Positions 10,518 through 23,030 of a stretch of DNA of 64,000 nucleotides are shown piece by piece. The position numbers and the translations under genes were made by a program. This stretch comes from an uncultured Gemmatimonadales bacterium (lineage in GTDB: Bacteria > Gemmatimonadota > Gemmatimonadetes > Gemmatimonadales > Gemmatimonadaceae): contig CAWBZV010000005.1 in assembly GCA_963793305.1 (NCBI GenBank), forward strand, positions 1,556,964 to 1,620,963, given 5' to 3'. Each line of letters opens with the position of its first letter. Position 1 is the stretch's first letter. The notes beneath the pieces are model-generated. The model was given only the letters and a program-made list of their open reading frames with translations, did not search any database and was not told the DNA's origin.

Positions 10518-11527
10518 CCACTCGCGTCGGCATCAACGGCTTCGGCCGCATCGGCCGCCAGGTGCTACGGGCCGCGAAGCAACAAGGGGTCGCCGACCTC
10601 GAATTCGTCGCCGTCAACGACCTGACCGATACGAAAACGCTGGCCCATCTGTTCACGTATGACTCCGTGCACCGGACGTATCAGGGCACGGTATCCGCCG
10701 AGAGCGACGCGATCTGCGTCGACGGCGAGCGCATCCGGATCTTCGCGGAAAAGGATCCCGGGAAGCTCCCATGGAAGGACTTGAAGGTGGACGTGGTGCT
10801 CGAGTCCACGGGCCGCTTCACCAACGCCCCCGACGCCCGGAAGCACATCGACGCCGGCGCCAAGAAGGTCATTATCTCGGCGCCCGCCAAGGGCGAAGAC
10901 ATCACGCTCGTGATGGGCGTCAACAGCGACAAGTATGACGCCAAATCGCACCACATCCTCTCGAACGCGTCCTGCACCACGAACTGCCTCGTGCCCATGG
11001 TGAAAGTCGTCCGCGACGCATTCGGGTTCAAGCACGGATCCATGGTGACGATCCACAGCTACACGAACGACCAGGTCATTCTCGATTTCCCGCACAAGGA
11101 TCTGCGCCGCGCCCGCGCGGCGGCGATGTCGATGATCCCGACGACGACCGGCGCCGCCAAGGCGACGGGCCTCGTCATCCCGGAGGTGAAGGGGAAGATC
11201 GACGGGATCTCGATCCGCGTGCCGACCCCTGACGTCTCCCTGGTCGAGCTGGTCGCCGAGGTCGAGCGTCCGACGACCATCGACGCCGTCAACTCGGCCT
11301 TCAAGGCCGCGAGCGAATCCGGTCCACTGGAGGGCTTCCTGGCGTACTCCGATCTGGAGCTCGTGTCCACCGACTACATCGGCGACGCCCACTCCTGTAC
11401 ACTCGACGCGAAGAGCACGAACGTCATCGACGGCACCCTCGTCAAGCTCTCCGGCTGGTATGACAACGAGTGGGGCTACGCCTCGCGTTGCGTCGACCTC
11501 CTCCGTTTTGTTGGCGCACGCCTATGA
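10514..11527 (+). CDS. gap: Type I glyceraldehyde-3-phosphate dehydrogenase
   Basis: INGFGRIGR, ASCTTNC and WYDNEWGY motifs. Confidence 0.98.
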   Translation: MTTRVGINGFGRIGRQVLRAAKQQGVADLEFVAVNDLTDTKTLAHLFTYDSVHRTYQGTVSAESDAICVDGERIRIFAEKDPGKLPWKDLKVDVVLESTGRFTNAPDARKHIDAGAKKVIISAPAKGEDITLVMGVNSDKYDAKSHHILSNASCTTNCLVPMVKVVRDAFGFKHGSMVTIHSYTNDQVILDFPHKDLRRARAAAMSMIPTTTGAAKATGLVIPEVKGKIDGISIRVPTPDVSLVELVAEVERPTTIDAVNSAFKAASESGPLEGFLAYSDLELVSTDYIGDAHSCTLDAKSTNVIDGTLVKLSGWYDNEWGYASRCVDLLRFVGARL

Positions 11528-12735
11528 CGACGGCGACGGTAAAGAAGGCGAGCGTTCGTCAGTTGACCGACGCCCAGCTGCGGGGCGCCCGGGCGCTCGT
11601 GCGCGTGGACTTCAACGTGCCGCTCGACGATCGCGGGCACGTCATGGACGACACGCGGATGCGCGCGGCGGTTCCCACCATCGAATACCTGGTGCAACAC
11701 GGTGCGCGCGTCGTGTTGCTCTCTCACTTGGGCCGGCCCAAGGGTCGCCCCGAGCCGCAGTATTCTCTCGGTCCGGTTGCGCGCCACTTGCGCGAATTGA
11801 TCCCGCACAAAGTCGTGTTCAGTGATTCGGTCGACTTTCCCACGTTGGTCAAGGCCTCCAGGGCACTGACGGACGCCTCGCCGATTCTCCTGGTCGAGAA
11901 CACGCGCTTTTTTCCGGGCGAAGAGAAAAACGATGACGCGCTGGCCGGAGAGTTCGCTCAACTCGGCGACCTGTTCGTCAACGACGCGTTCGGCGCTGCC
12001 CACCGGGCGCACGCGTCAACGGAAGGCGTCGCCCGCCATCTTCGTCCCGCGGTTGCCGGATTCCTCTTGGAGCGCGAACTGGATTATCTCGGCCGCGCGC
12101 TCAGCGATCCGCCGCGTCCATTCGTGGCGATTTTGGGCGGCGCCAAGATCTCAGGCAAGATTGATGTCATTGAAGCGCTGCTTCCCAAGGTGGATGGCCT
12201 CCTCATTGGCGGCGCCATGGCCTCGACGTTCTACCGCGCCATGGGACTGGAGACGGGCACGTCACTCGTTGAAACGGACCGGATCGGCATGGCCAAGCAG
12301 CTGCTCGATCGCGCCGGTGCGCGACTCACGCTGCCGCATGATGTGGTCGTCGCCCCATCGCTCGATGCGCCGTCTCACGTCGTCAAGCGTGACGCGATCG
12401 CCAAGAACGAGGCCGTATACGACATCGGCCCCGCGACGGCCGCGTCGTTTGGTCGTGCCATCAATACCGCCAAGACCGTGTTGTGGAACGGCCCGATGGG
12501 CGTGTTCGAAAAGCCGCCGTTCGACACGGGTACGATCGCGGTTGCCGAAGCCATGGCCAAGGCCACGGATCGCGGCGCGACCACGATTCTCGGCGGTGGT
12601 GACTCGGCCGCCGCGGTGATACAGGCGGGCCTGGACGACCGGATGACGCACGTGTCGACCGGTGGCGGGGCATCGCTCGAGTATCTCGAAGGGAAGGTGC
12701 TGCCGGGCGTCGCTGCCCTCGACGACGCCGCATAA
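11524..12735 (+). CDS. pgk: Phosphoglycerate kinase
   Basis: RVDFNVP, SHLGRP, DAFGAAHRAHAS and STGGGASLE motifs. ATG overlaps the gap stop. Confidence 0.97.
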   Translation: MTTATVKKASVRQLTDAQLRGARALVRVDFNVPLDDRGHVMDDTRMRAAVPTIEYLVQHGARVVLLSHLGRPKGRPEPQYSLGPVARHLRELIPHKVVFSDSVDFPTLVKASRALTDASPILLVENTRFFPGEEKNDDALAGEFAQLGDLFVNDAFGAAHRAHASTEGVARHLRPAVAGFLLERELDYLGRALSDPPRPFVAILGGAKISGKIDVIEALLPKVDGLLIGGAMASTFYRAMGLETGTSLVETDRIGMAKQLLDRAGARLTLPHDVVVAPSLDAPSHVVKRDAIAKNEAVYDIGPATAASFGRAINTAKTVLWNGPMGVFEKPPFDTGTIAVAEAMAKATDRGATTILGGGDSAAAVIQAGLDDRMTHVSTGGGASLEYLEGKVLPGVAALDDAA

Positions 12736-13485
12736 GTGCGAAGAGTCTTCGCGGCCAATTGGAAGATGCACCACGGTCCCGGGAGCGCCCGCACCTACAT
12801 GCGGGTGTTTTTGGAGACGTATGTGCCGCAACCCGATCATACCATCATCTTCGCCCCGCCGGCCGCGTCGCTCCAAGCCGTCATGGGTTCGGTCGAAGGC
12901 CGGCCGGATGTCTTAGTCGCGGCGCAGAATATTTATTGGGAAGAGAAGGGCGCCTACACCGGCGAGATGTCGGCAGAGATCGCGCGCGAGGCCGGTGCGC
13001 GGATGACGCTTGTTGGACATAGCGAACGCCGTCGCAAGTTCGGCGAGACCGACGCCGAAACGGCGAAGAAATGCGCCGCCGCGGTGCGGGCGGGACTCGT
13101 GCCGATCCTCTGTGTCGGCGAGACGGATGACGAACGCCGCACCGGTCGGACATCGGATGTCGTCGCGCGTCAGCTCCGCACGGGCGTCGTGGAGCTCACG
13201 CCCGATACGATCGCGCAGATGTGCATCGCCTACGAGCCCGTGTGGGCGATCGGGACCGGTCGGAACGCGACGCCCGAGGACGCCGCGCTGATGCACGGAT
13301 TCGTGCGCGCGTTGCTCGGGGAGCTCACGGGCGGGCGAGCGGCCGACGTGCCGATCCTGTATGGCGGCAGCGTCACCGCGAAGAATGCCGGCGAGCTTCT
13401 CGCCGCCACCGATGTCGACGGGCTCCTCGTCGGCGGCGCGAGCCTCGACCCCGCCACGTGGGCCGAGATCTGCCGGGCTCCTTGA
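12736..13485 (+). CDS. tpiA: Triosephosphate isomerase
   Basis: ANWKM, GHSERR, AYEPVWAIGTG, YGGSV and VGGASL motifs. Confidence 0.97.
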   Translation: MRRVFAANWKMHHGPGSARTYMRVFLETYVPQPDHTIIFAPPAASLQAVMGSVEGRPDVLVAAQNIYWEEKGAYTGEMSAEIAREAGARMTLVGHSERRRKFGETDAETAKKCAAAVRAGLVPILCVGETDDERRTGRTSDVVARQLRTGVVELTPDTIAQMCIAYEPVWAIGTGRNATPEDAALMHGFVRALLGELTGGRAADVPILYGGSVTAKNAGELLAATDVDGLLVGGASLDPATWAEICRAP

Positions 13486-13524
13486 CGTAGACCCGCAAAT
13501 CACGAGATATTCAAGACTTAGCCT

Positions 13525-13896
13525 ATGTATACGTTCCTTCTGATTGTTCTGATCCTCGACAGTGGCGTGCTGATCGCCGCCATTCTGTTGCAGAGCGGGA
13601 AGGGTGGTGGCGTTGCCGCGAGCTTTGGCGGCGTCAGCTCTTCGACGGACGCGTTCATCGGGACGCGACAAGCGGGAAACTTGCTGACGACCGTGAGCTG
13701 GTGGGCGGGCGGCATCTTCCTGGGCCTGTCGTTCATTCTGCAGCTCATGTCGACGCACGCGCGTCAACCGGCGTCGGTGCTCGACAAGACGTTCGGTCGC
13801 CCAGCGCCAACGGCTCCCGCGCCAGCCCAGTCCGCCCCGGCCGTCCCATTGCAACCGACGCAGCCGGCACAACCCGCGACGCCGCCGAAGAAGTGA
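13525..13896 (+). CDS. secG: Preprotein translocase subunit SecG
   Basis: Two TM helices and [13 protein letters not shown] motif; follows tpiA. Confidence 0.92.
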   Translation: MYTFLLIVLILDSGVLIAAILLQSGKGGGVAASFGGVSSSTDAFIGTRQAGNLLTTVSWWAGGIFLGLSFILQLMSTHARQPASVLDKTFGRPAPTAPAPAQSAPAVPLQPTQPAQPATPPKK

Positions 13897-15002
13897 GCGC
13901 TGGCTTTCTGCTACTCGAAGACGGCTCGGTCTACACGGGCCGTCTTCGCACACCAGCGCCGGAAGCGGTCGCCGAAGTCGTCTTCACCACGAACATGACG
14001 GGGTATCAGGAGGTCTTCAGCGACCCCTCGTACTCCGGCCAGATCGTCGTGATGACGGCGCCGCAGATCGGCAACTATGGCGTGAACTTGGAAGACCCGG
14101 AATCGGCCAACTCGACCCCACAGGTTGCCGGCGTAGTTGTCCGCGAGCTGTCGCCCACGTACTCAAATTGGCGCGCTACGGGGTCGCTGATCGACTGGCT
14201 CGACTCCGCCCAAATCCCGGTGTTGAGTGATATCGACACGCGAAAACTCACGCGTCACCTGAGATCGCAAGGTGTGATGCGAGGAGTCATTGGCGCGGGC
14301 TCTACCCCCAGCGACTCCGTCCGCTCGGCCGTCCTCTCCTGTCCCTCAATGGAGGGCCTGGACCTCGCCAGCGTCGTATCGACCAAGCACCCGTACACCT
14401 GGGGCAACGCGGCTGCGTCGCTCCATATCGTCGCGTACGACTACGGCATAAAGAAGAACATTCTGCGTCTGTTCGAGGCGCACGATGCCCGCGTCACGGT
14501 GATCCCGGCAGCGACCCCAGCAGAGGCCGTCCTGGAGATGGAGCCGGATGGGGTATTTCTGGCAAATGGTCCAGGAGACCCAGCGGCGGTGGAGTACGCC
14601 CCAAAGGCTATCCGGGCCATAACCGAGAGCGGGATGCCGACGTTCGGGATATGCCTTGGCCACCAATTGCTGGGGCTAACGTACGGCGCCGAGACGTATA
14701 AGCTGCCGTACGGCCACCACGGCGGAAACCATCCAGTCAGAGAAGTCGACACGGGCGAGGTGACGATCACCTCGCAGAATCACGGGTTCGCCGTCCGTGG
14801 CTCCGAGGCTGAGATTCCGGGCGCCCCGGCGCTCCGTGTGACGCATGTCAATCTCAACGATCATAGTATAGAAGGACTTAGGCATCGCGAGCTGCCAGTG
14901 TTCGCTGTGCAGTATCACCCTGAGGCAGCTCCGGGCCCGCACGACGCTCGACCCCTGTTCGATGTGTTCATAAGAGCCTGCAAGCGGCTTGACTTGGAAT
15001 AG
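13893..15002 (+). CDS. carA: Carbamoyl-phosphate synthase small subunit
   Basis: LEDG, EVVFTT.MTGYQE, NGPGDP, GICLGHQ, SQNHGF and QYHPEA motifs. GTG overlaps the secG stop. Confidence 0.96.
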   Translation: MSAGFLLLEDGSVYTGRLRTPAPEAVAEVVFTTNMTGYQEVFSDPSYSGQIVVMTAPQIGNYGVNLEDPESANSTPQVAGVVVRELSPTYSNWRATGSLIDWLDSAQIPVLSDIDTRKLTRHLRSQGVMRGVIGAGSTPSDSVRSAVLSCPSMEGLDLASVVSTKHPYTWGNAAASLHIVAYDYGIKKNILRLFEAHDARVTVIPAATPAEAVLEMEPDGVFLANGPGDPAAVEYAPKAIRAITESGMPTFGICLGHQLLGLTYGAETYKLPYGHHGGNHPVREVDTGEVTITSQNHGFAVRGSEAEIPGAPALRVTHVNLNDHSIEGLRHRELPVFAVQYHPEAAPGPHDARPLFDVFIRACKRLDLE

Positions 15003-15017
15003 GTAAAGTCCTATCGT
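14989..15017 (+). promoter_or_regulatory. Sigma70-type promoter for the HU gene
   Basis: TTGACT (14989-14994), 17-nt spacer, TATCGT (15012-15017). Confidence 0.55.
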
Positions 15018-15062
15018 TGTGGGAGTTAGGGTGGCAGGTGTCTCATATGCTGGGGTCTACGG

Positions 15063-15383
15063 ATGACCAAAGCTGACCTGGTCGAGCACGTCACGACCCA
15101 TATTGCGCAGACGGCTGGGCCGATGATCTCGAAGAAGGACTGTGCCCGCGTGGTCGACTCGTTCCTCGACGCGATCAAGATGGCGTTGCAGGAGCAGCGG
15201 AACATCGAGGTGCGAGGCTTCGGCACATTCAAGATCCGCCAGCGGAAAACTCGCATGGCGAGAAATCCGCGCACTGGTGCACCGGTGGAAGTGTCAGCGC
15301 GTCCGGTGCCGGTGTTCAAGCCGTCGAAGGAGTTACGCGCGATGGTCGCGCAAGTTGACATCTCCGAACTATCAGAAGCCTGA
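15063..15383 (+). CDS. HU/IHF-family DNA-binding protein
   Basis: MTKADLV, IEVRGFGTF, ARNPRTG and VFKPSKEL motifs. Confidence 0.95.
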   Translation: MTKADLVEHVTTHIAQTAGPMISKKDCARVVDSFLDAIKMALQEQRNIEVRGFGTFKIRQRKTRMARNPRTGAPVEVSARPVPVFKPSKELRAMVAQVDISELSEA

Positions 15384-15402
15384 TTGTTTTTCCGCGAACC
15401 GT

Positions 15403-15443
15403 AGGCCCTCGCGAACGCTATGTTTCGCGAGGGCTTTTTATTT
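15403..15443 (+). terminator. Rho-independent terminator
   Basis: GCCCTCGCGAA / TTCGCGAGGGC stem followed by TTTTTATTT. Confidence 0.8.
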
Positions 15444-15444
15444 C

Positions 15445-15687
15445 ATGACAGTCACCGTGCTGCTCTTCGCCGCGTTCGCTGACGCATTCGGCCGTTCCTC
15501 GATCGAGGTGACCGTCGACCAAGGTGCGACTGTGGGCGACATCGTGGATCAGTTGAGCGCGCTCGCCCCGTCCGATCGTCTCCCGCCACGTCCGCTCGCG
15601 GCGGTAAACGCCGAGTATGCCGAGTACGATGTGCGGCTCAATCCAGGCGATGAAGTGGCGTTGATTCCACCGGTGGCCGGGGGATGA
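15445..15687 (+). CDS. moaD: Molybdopterin synthase sulfur carrier subunit
   Basis: VTVLLFA N-terminus, AVN and C-terminal PPVAGG. Confidence 0.93.
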   Translation: MTVTVLLFAAFADAFGRSSIEVTVDQGATVGDIVDQLSALAPSDRLPPRPLAAVNAEYAEYDVRLNPGDEVALIPPVAGG

Positions 15688-16133
15688 TCCGCGCCGGGCT
15701 CGTGTCGCGTCCGATCGACGTCAACGGCCTCATAGCTGAGGTCGCCGATATCACGACCGGCGCCACCGCGGTCTTCGCCGGTACCGTGCGGGATGTAAAC
15801 GAGGGCCGCGCCGTAAGTGGGATCGAGTACACGGCATACACCACGATGGCCGAGCGCGAGCTGCTCCACATCGCGCAGGAAGCGGCGCGTCAATTCTCTC
15901 CGCTCAGCGTTGTCGTCGAGCACCGCGTCGGATCGCTCGAGCTGGGGGACGTGAGCGTGGGGATCGCAACGTCGCACGCGCATCGCGGCCCCGCGATCGA
16001 CGGCATGCGTTTCGTGATCGAGGAGATCAAGCGGCGCGTGCCGATCTGGAAGCGCGAGCTGTACGCGGACGGGACGCGGGAGTGGATTGACCCGAGGAAC
16101 GGCTCGTCGCTGCAAGTGGAGGACGCACCGTGA
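15684..16133 (+). CDS. moaE: Molybdopterin synthase catalytic subunit
   Basis: FAGTVRD, HRVG, HR and VPIWKRE motifs. Confidence 0.94.
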   Translation: MIRAGLVSRPIDVNGLIAEVADITTGATAVFAGTVRDVNEGRAVSGIEYTAYTTMAERELLHIAQEAARQFSPLSVVVEHRVGSLELGDVSVGIATSHAHRGPAIDGMRFVIEEIKRRVPIWKRELYADGTREWIDPRNGSSLQVEDAP

Positions 16134-17098
16134 CAGTCCACGATCAATTCGGCCGCCGGATCGAATATCTCCGGATCTCCGTCACGGACCGGTGCAACTT
16201 TCGTTGCCTGTATTGCATGCCGGTGGAAGGGCTCGAGTGGCTGCCCAAGTCGGAGATCTTGAGCTACGAGGAGATCACCGAAGTCGTTCGGCAACTCGCG
16301 CCACTCGGCCTCACCCGCTTGCGGCTCACGGGTGGCGAGCCGACGATCCGACCTGATCTCCCGGTCTTGATCCGCTCGCTGCGCGCGATCCCGGAGATCA
16401 GTGACCTCGCGCTGTCGACGAACGGGATCAAGCTCCCGGAATTGGCGCCATCGTTCCGGGCCGCGGGGCTCGATCGCGTGAACATGAGCGCCGACAGCCT
16501 GCGTCGCGATCGCATTGCCGCGATCGCCCGCCGCAATATCGCGTTCAACCCCGTCGCGTCAGCGCTGGCTGCCGAACGCGCCGGACTCGACCCCATCAAG
16601 CTCAACGTCGTCGTGATGCGTGGCATCAACGATGACGAGATCGAGGACTTCGCGGCGCTCACACTCGATCACCCGTGGCACGTTCGCTTCATCGAGCTGA
16701 TGCCGGTCGGTGACATGCGCGAGTTGACCTGGGACCATGTCGTTCCCAGCGATGAGATCCTCGCCCGCCTGGGGCCCCTGGTGCCGACCGATGGCCCGGC
16801 GCGCGGCAACGGACCAGCGGCCTACTATCGTTTGCCGGGTGCGAGAGGAACGATTGGTGTCATCACACCGATGACCCACACGTATTGCGCGGCGTGCAAT
16901 CGCGTTAGGCTGACCGCCGATGGCCGACTGCGAACGTGTTTGTTCGGCGACCACGAGGTGAACCTGCGCGACCCGCTGCGTCGCGGCGAATCACTCGTGC
17001 CCTACGTGTTACGTGCGTTGGCCGAGAAGCCCGAAGCGCACGGACTCCTGCAAATGCAAGTGGGCGGGCTGCGCGCGCTCTCCCAGGTCGGCGGCTGA
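16130..17098 (+). CDS. moaA: GTP 3',8-cyclase (radical SAM)
   Basis: YLRISVTDRCNFRCLYC, CAACNRVR..CLF and C-terminal GG. Confidence 0.96.
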   Translation: MTVHDQFGRRIEYLRISVTDRCNFRCLYCMPVEGLEWLPKSEILSYEEITEVVRQLAPLGLTRLRLTGGEPTIRPDLPVLIRSLRAIPEISDLALSTNGIKLPELAPSFRAAGLDRVNMSADSLRRDRIAAIARRNIAFNPVASALAAERAGLDPIKLNVVVMRGINDDEIEDFAALTLDHPWHVRFIELMPVGDMRELTWDHVVPSDEILARLGPLVPTDGPARGNGPAAYYRLPGARGTIGVITPMTHTYCAACNRVRLTADGRLRTCLFGDHEVNLRDPLRRGESLVPYVLRALAEKPEAHGLLQMQVGGLRALSQVGG

Positions 17099-17106
17099 TC
17101 GCTTAG

Positions 17107-18053
<947 letters not shown>

Positions 18054-18054
<1 letters not shown>

Positions 18055-18697
18055 TGCAGTTTTGGCGCTCGACTCTCGGTAAGAAAATCGTGATGGCCGT
18101 GACGGGGCTGATCATGATCGGCTTCGTCGTCGGCCACCTCGCTGGCAACCTGCTCGTCTTCGCCGGTCGTGATCGCATCAACGCCTACTCGGCGTTCCTG
18201 CACTCGACGGGCGAAGTTCTGTGGGCCGTTCGCATTGTCTTGCTTCTCGCGGTCCTCCTGCACATCACGGCCGCCTATCAGCTCACGGTCATTGACCGCG
18301 CGGCGCGGCCGGTGGGTTACGCCAAGCACCAATACGAGGCCGCGACGCTCGCCTCGCGCACCATTCGGTGGGGCGGGGTGATTGTGTTGGTGTTTGTCGT
18401 CTATCACCTGCTGCACATGACGTTGGGCACGGTGCATCCGTCGTTCACGCCGCACAACGTCTATCACAACCTGATTGCCGGGCTCTCGGTCTGGTACGTG
18501 GCGGCGTTTTATGTCGTCGCCATGATCGCCTTGGGTCTGCACTTGTATCACGGTACCTGGAGCTCGCTGAGAACGTTGGGCGTAGAGCAGCCAGCGAACG
18601 AACCATTGCGCCGCAGGCGCATAGTGTGGTTGTTCGCGGTTCTCATCGCATTGGGTTTCGCGTCGATCCCGTTGGCCATCGTGATGGGACTCGTCCG

Positions 18698-18701
<4 letters not shown>
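18054..18701 (+). CDS. sdhC: Succinate dehydrogenase/fumarate reductase cytochrome b subunit
   Basis: [10 protein letters not shown], five TM helices, heme-ligand His residues and HLYHG; upstream of sdhA. Confidence 0.92.
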
Positions 18702-20622
<1,921 letters not shown>

Positions 20623-20623
<1 letters not shown>

Positions 20624-21474
20624 TGGACGTTACGCTTCACGTTTGGCGCCAAACGGCCACGGGCCAACCAGGCCGGCTGGTAGAGTATCCGGCGACGGGG
20701 ATTAGCAGCGATGCCTCGTTCCTCGAGATGCTCGACATCGTCAACCACGGCCTGATCGAGCGCGGCGAAGACCCGATCGCCTTCAGCCACGACTGCCGCG
20801 AGGGGATCTGCGGCTCGTGCTCCCTCATGATCAACGGCGAGGCGCACGGCCCGATGCGCGGCACGGCGACCTGCCAGCTCCACATGCGCATGTTCAAGAC
20901 GGGCGATCATATCACGATCGAACCGTGGCGCTCCGTCGCGTTCCCAGTCATTAAAGACCTGGTAACCGATCGCCGCTCCTTGGATCGCATTATCCAGGCT
21001 GGCGGTTACATCACCGAGAACACGGGTGGCGCACGCGACGCGAACGCCATCCTCGTCCCTAAGCACGACGCCGACGCCGCCATGGACGCCGCCGCCTGCA
21101 TTGGCTGTGGCGCCTGCGTCGCCGCGTGCCCCAACGGCTCGGCGTCACTGTTCACCGCGGCGAAGATCGGCCATCTCGGGTTCCTCCCACAGGGCCAGCC
21201 GGAGCGCTATCGCCGCGTGCTCAGCATGGTCGCCCAGATGGACGCCGAGCACTTCGGCGGTTGCACGCTCCATGGCGAGTGCCAGGAGGCGTGCCCCAAG
21301 TCGATCAGCATCGGCGTGATCTCGCGCATGAACCGCGACTATATCCGCGCGACCCTCACCCAACGCGAGGAGCCCGGCGAAGCCGGGATCGGTCCAACCG
21401 ACCCAGTCGAGCAGCGCGGCAGCGCTGCGTCGACGCGCGGCGGAGCCGCGCGCGAGGTCGCGGGGGTGGGATGA
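20623..21474 (+). CDS. sdhB: Succinate dehydrogenase iron-sulfur subunit
   Basis: [21 protein letters not shown] and [12 protein letters not shown] motifs. Confidence 0.96.
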
Positions 21475-21575
21475 CGCGACCGCCGCAACCGCCTTGGACG
21501 GCATTCGAGTGGCTCGAATGGCTGCTCGTGCTCGCCGCCGTTCTCTTCGCGATCGGTTTCGGACTCCTGCGCTGA
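21471..21575 (+). CDS. Small (34 aa) single-pass membrane protein
   Basis: ATGA overlap with the sdhB stop. Sequence [34 protein letters not shown]. Confidence 0.5.
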   Translation: MTRPPQPPWTAFEWLEWLLVLAAVLFAIGFGLLR

Positions 21576-21585
21576 GCGCTGCCCA

Positions 21586-22437
21586 CTGAGCGCGATCCTC
21601 ATCGCCCTCATCGCCGCCGTCTCCTACGGGGTCGGCGACTTCCTCGGCGGCCTCGGCACCCGGCGAGCCTCGTGGCTCCCGGTGACGATCTACGCCGAGA
21701 TCATCGGCTGCATTCCGCTCGGTATCGCGACGGCGCTCCTCTCGCATCCCACGTTCGACGCCAACACGGCGTGGGGCGCTGCCGCGGGTGTTGTCGGAGC
21801 GGCAGGCATCGGCCTCCTGTATCGCGGGCTCGGCTCGGGAACGATGAGCGTCGTCGCGCCGATCACCGCCGTCTGCGCGACCGCGCTCCCGGTGCTCGCC
21901 GGTCTCGCGTTCGGCGAACGTCCCCCACTCCAAGCCTTCGTCGGCATCGGCATCGCCATCGCGGCAATCGTCCTGATCAGCCAAGCGCACGATAAGCCCG
22001 TGATTGCCCGCACCACGCTCTCGCTTCGCGGCAGCATTCTGACCGCGCTCGCGTCGGGCATATGCATATCGGCGTTCCTGATCCTCATTTCTCGCGCCAA
22101 AAGCGGGGGGCTGTGGCCGCTGTTCGTGTCACGTCTCGTCGCCACTGGCGCTCTCTCTTTGCTGGCATTCGCCAGACGTCGCCCACAGCTGCCGCCGCGC
22201 GAGGTTCGATCAACGGCCGCGTGGTGCGGCGTGTTCGACGCCGGCGCGACGATCGGCCTCGTCCTGGCCCTGAGTCGCGGCACCCTCGGCATCACGGCAA
22301 CGTTGATCTCGCTCTATCCCGCCGCGACCTTGATCCTCGCCCGCTTCGTCCTCGGCGAACGCCTGCGCCGTCGCCAGCTGCTGGGCCTCGCCTGCGCCCT
22401 CGCCGCCGTCGTCCTGATCACGACCGCAACGTCTTGA
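21586..22437 (+). CDS. DMT/EamA family transporter (probable CTG start at 21586)
   Basis: About ten TM helices. Motifs SYGVGDFLGG, MSVVAPI, GERP and SLYPAAT..LGERL; the frame extends upstream of the GTG at 21682. Confidence 0.88.
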   Translation: MSAILIALIAAVSYGVGDFLGGLGTRRASWLPVTIYAEIIGCIPLGIATALLSHPTFDANTAWGAAAGVVGAAGIGLLYRGLGSGTMSVVAPITAVCATALPVLAGLAFGERPPLQAFVGIGIAIAAIVLISQAHDKPVIARTTLSLRGSILTALASGICISAFLILISRAKSGGLWPLFVSRLVATGALSLLAFARRRPQLPPREVRSTAAWCGVFDAGATIGLVLALSRGTLGITATLISLYPAATLILARFVLGERLRRRQLLGLACALAAVVLITTATS

Positions 22438-22466
22438 GCAGCGCCAATGAGCCTCGGCTCGGCGCA

Positions 22467-22526
22467 GGACGACATATCGGCGCAGTGATCTGCTGTACCG
22501 AACATCACGGAGCCGATATGTCGTCC
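22467..22526. repeat. Long inverted repeat/hairpin (bidirectional terminator or REP-like)
   Basis: Perfect 15-bp arms GGACGACATATCGGC (22467-22481) and GCCGATATGTCGTCC (22512-22526), plus an imperfect inner stem. Confidence 0.85.
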
Positions 22527-22544
22527 GAAGCTACGCGCGGACGC

Positions 22545-22584
22545 TCATTGGTCCTGGATCCTGAACTGCGCCCGGAACGGCTGC
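22545..22584. repeat. 40-bp direct repeat, left copy (orphan 3' end of the gene ending at 23911)
   Basis: 39/40 identical to 23911-23950; reads [12 protein letters not shown] on the minus strand. Confidence 0.95.
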
Positions 22585-22646
22585 CATTTCCGGTATCAGA
22601 GGTCGCCAACCGGGAAATCGACCCCGAGGGGCTCAGCCCCTTCCGC

Positions 22647-23027
22647 ATGCGTCCCGTTCCGCGGATCGTGTCGGCCGCCCTCGCCGTGATGCGACACGGA
22701 GCGACGGTCGAGCAGATGGCGTCCGATCTCGGCGTGTCGTCTCGCCACCTCCGATCCCTGTTCCTCGAGCACGTCGGGTTGTCCCCGAAGCGCGCGCTCC
22801 GCATCACCCGCTTCCGCGCGGTGTTCGATGCCTCGCGCACCGTCTCGGTCGTGCGCTGGGCGGCGCTCGCCGCCACCTATGGCTATTGTGATCAATCCCA
22901 CCTCGTCGACGAGTTCCACGCCCTCGTCGGCGAATCCCCGGAAGCCTTCCGCGCCCGATGCGATCGGGAGGCCGTCGAGGCAGTTCCGCTTTTGCCAAGC
23001 GCCCCGCCGTGGCCCGCGGTATCGTGA
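22647..23027 (+). CDS. AraC-family HTH regulator, DNA-binding domain only (start 22647 or 22518)
   Basis: VEQMASDLGVSSRHLRSLFLEHVGLSPK and GYCDQSHLVDEFHALVGESP. Confidence 0.8.
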   Translation: MRPVPRIVSAALAVMRHGATVEQMASDLGVSSRHLRSLFLEHVGLSPKRALRITRFRAVFDASRTVSVVRWAALAATYGYCDQSHLVDEFHALVGESPEAFRARCDREAVEAVPLLPSAPPWPAVS

Positions 23028-23030
23028 CGC

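Noticed and set aside
13890..13900. tRNA-Leu often found after secG
   Set aside because: The secG stop overlaps the carA start, leaving no room, and no cloverleaf is present.
13893..15002. carA without adjacent carB as a novel stand-alone glutaminase
   Set aside because: Unlinked carA and carB are common; carB is probably elsewhere in the genome.
22467..22526. Hairpin as an integron attC site or CRISPR repeat
   Set aside because: No RYYYAAC/GTTRRRY boxes, a single copy in the window, and no intI or cas genes.
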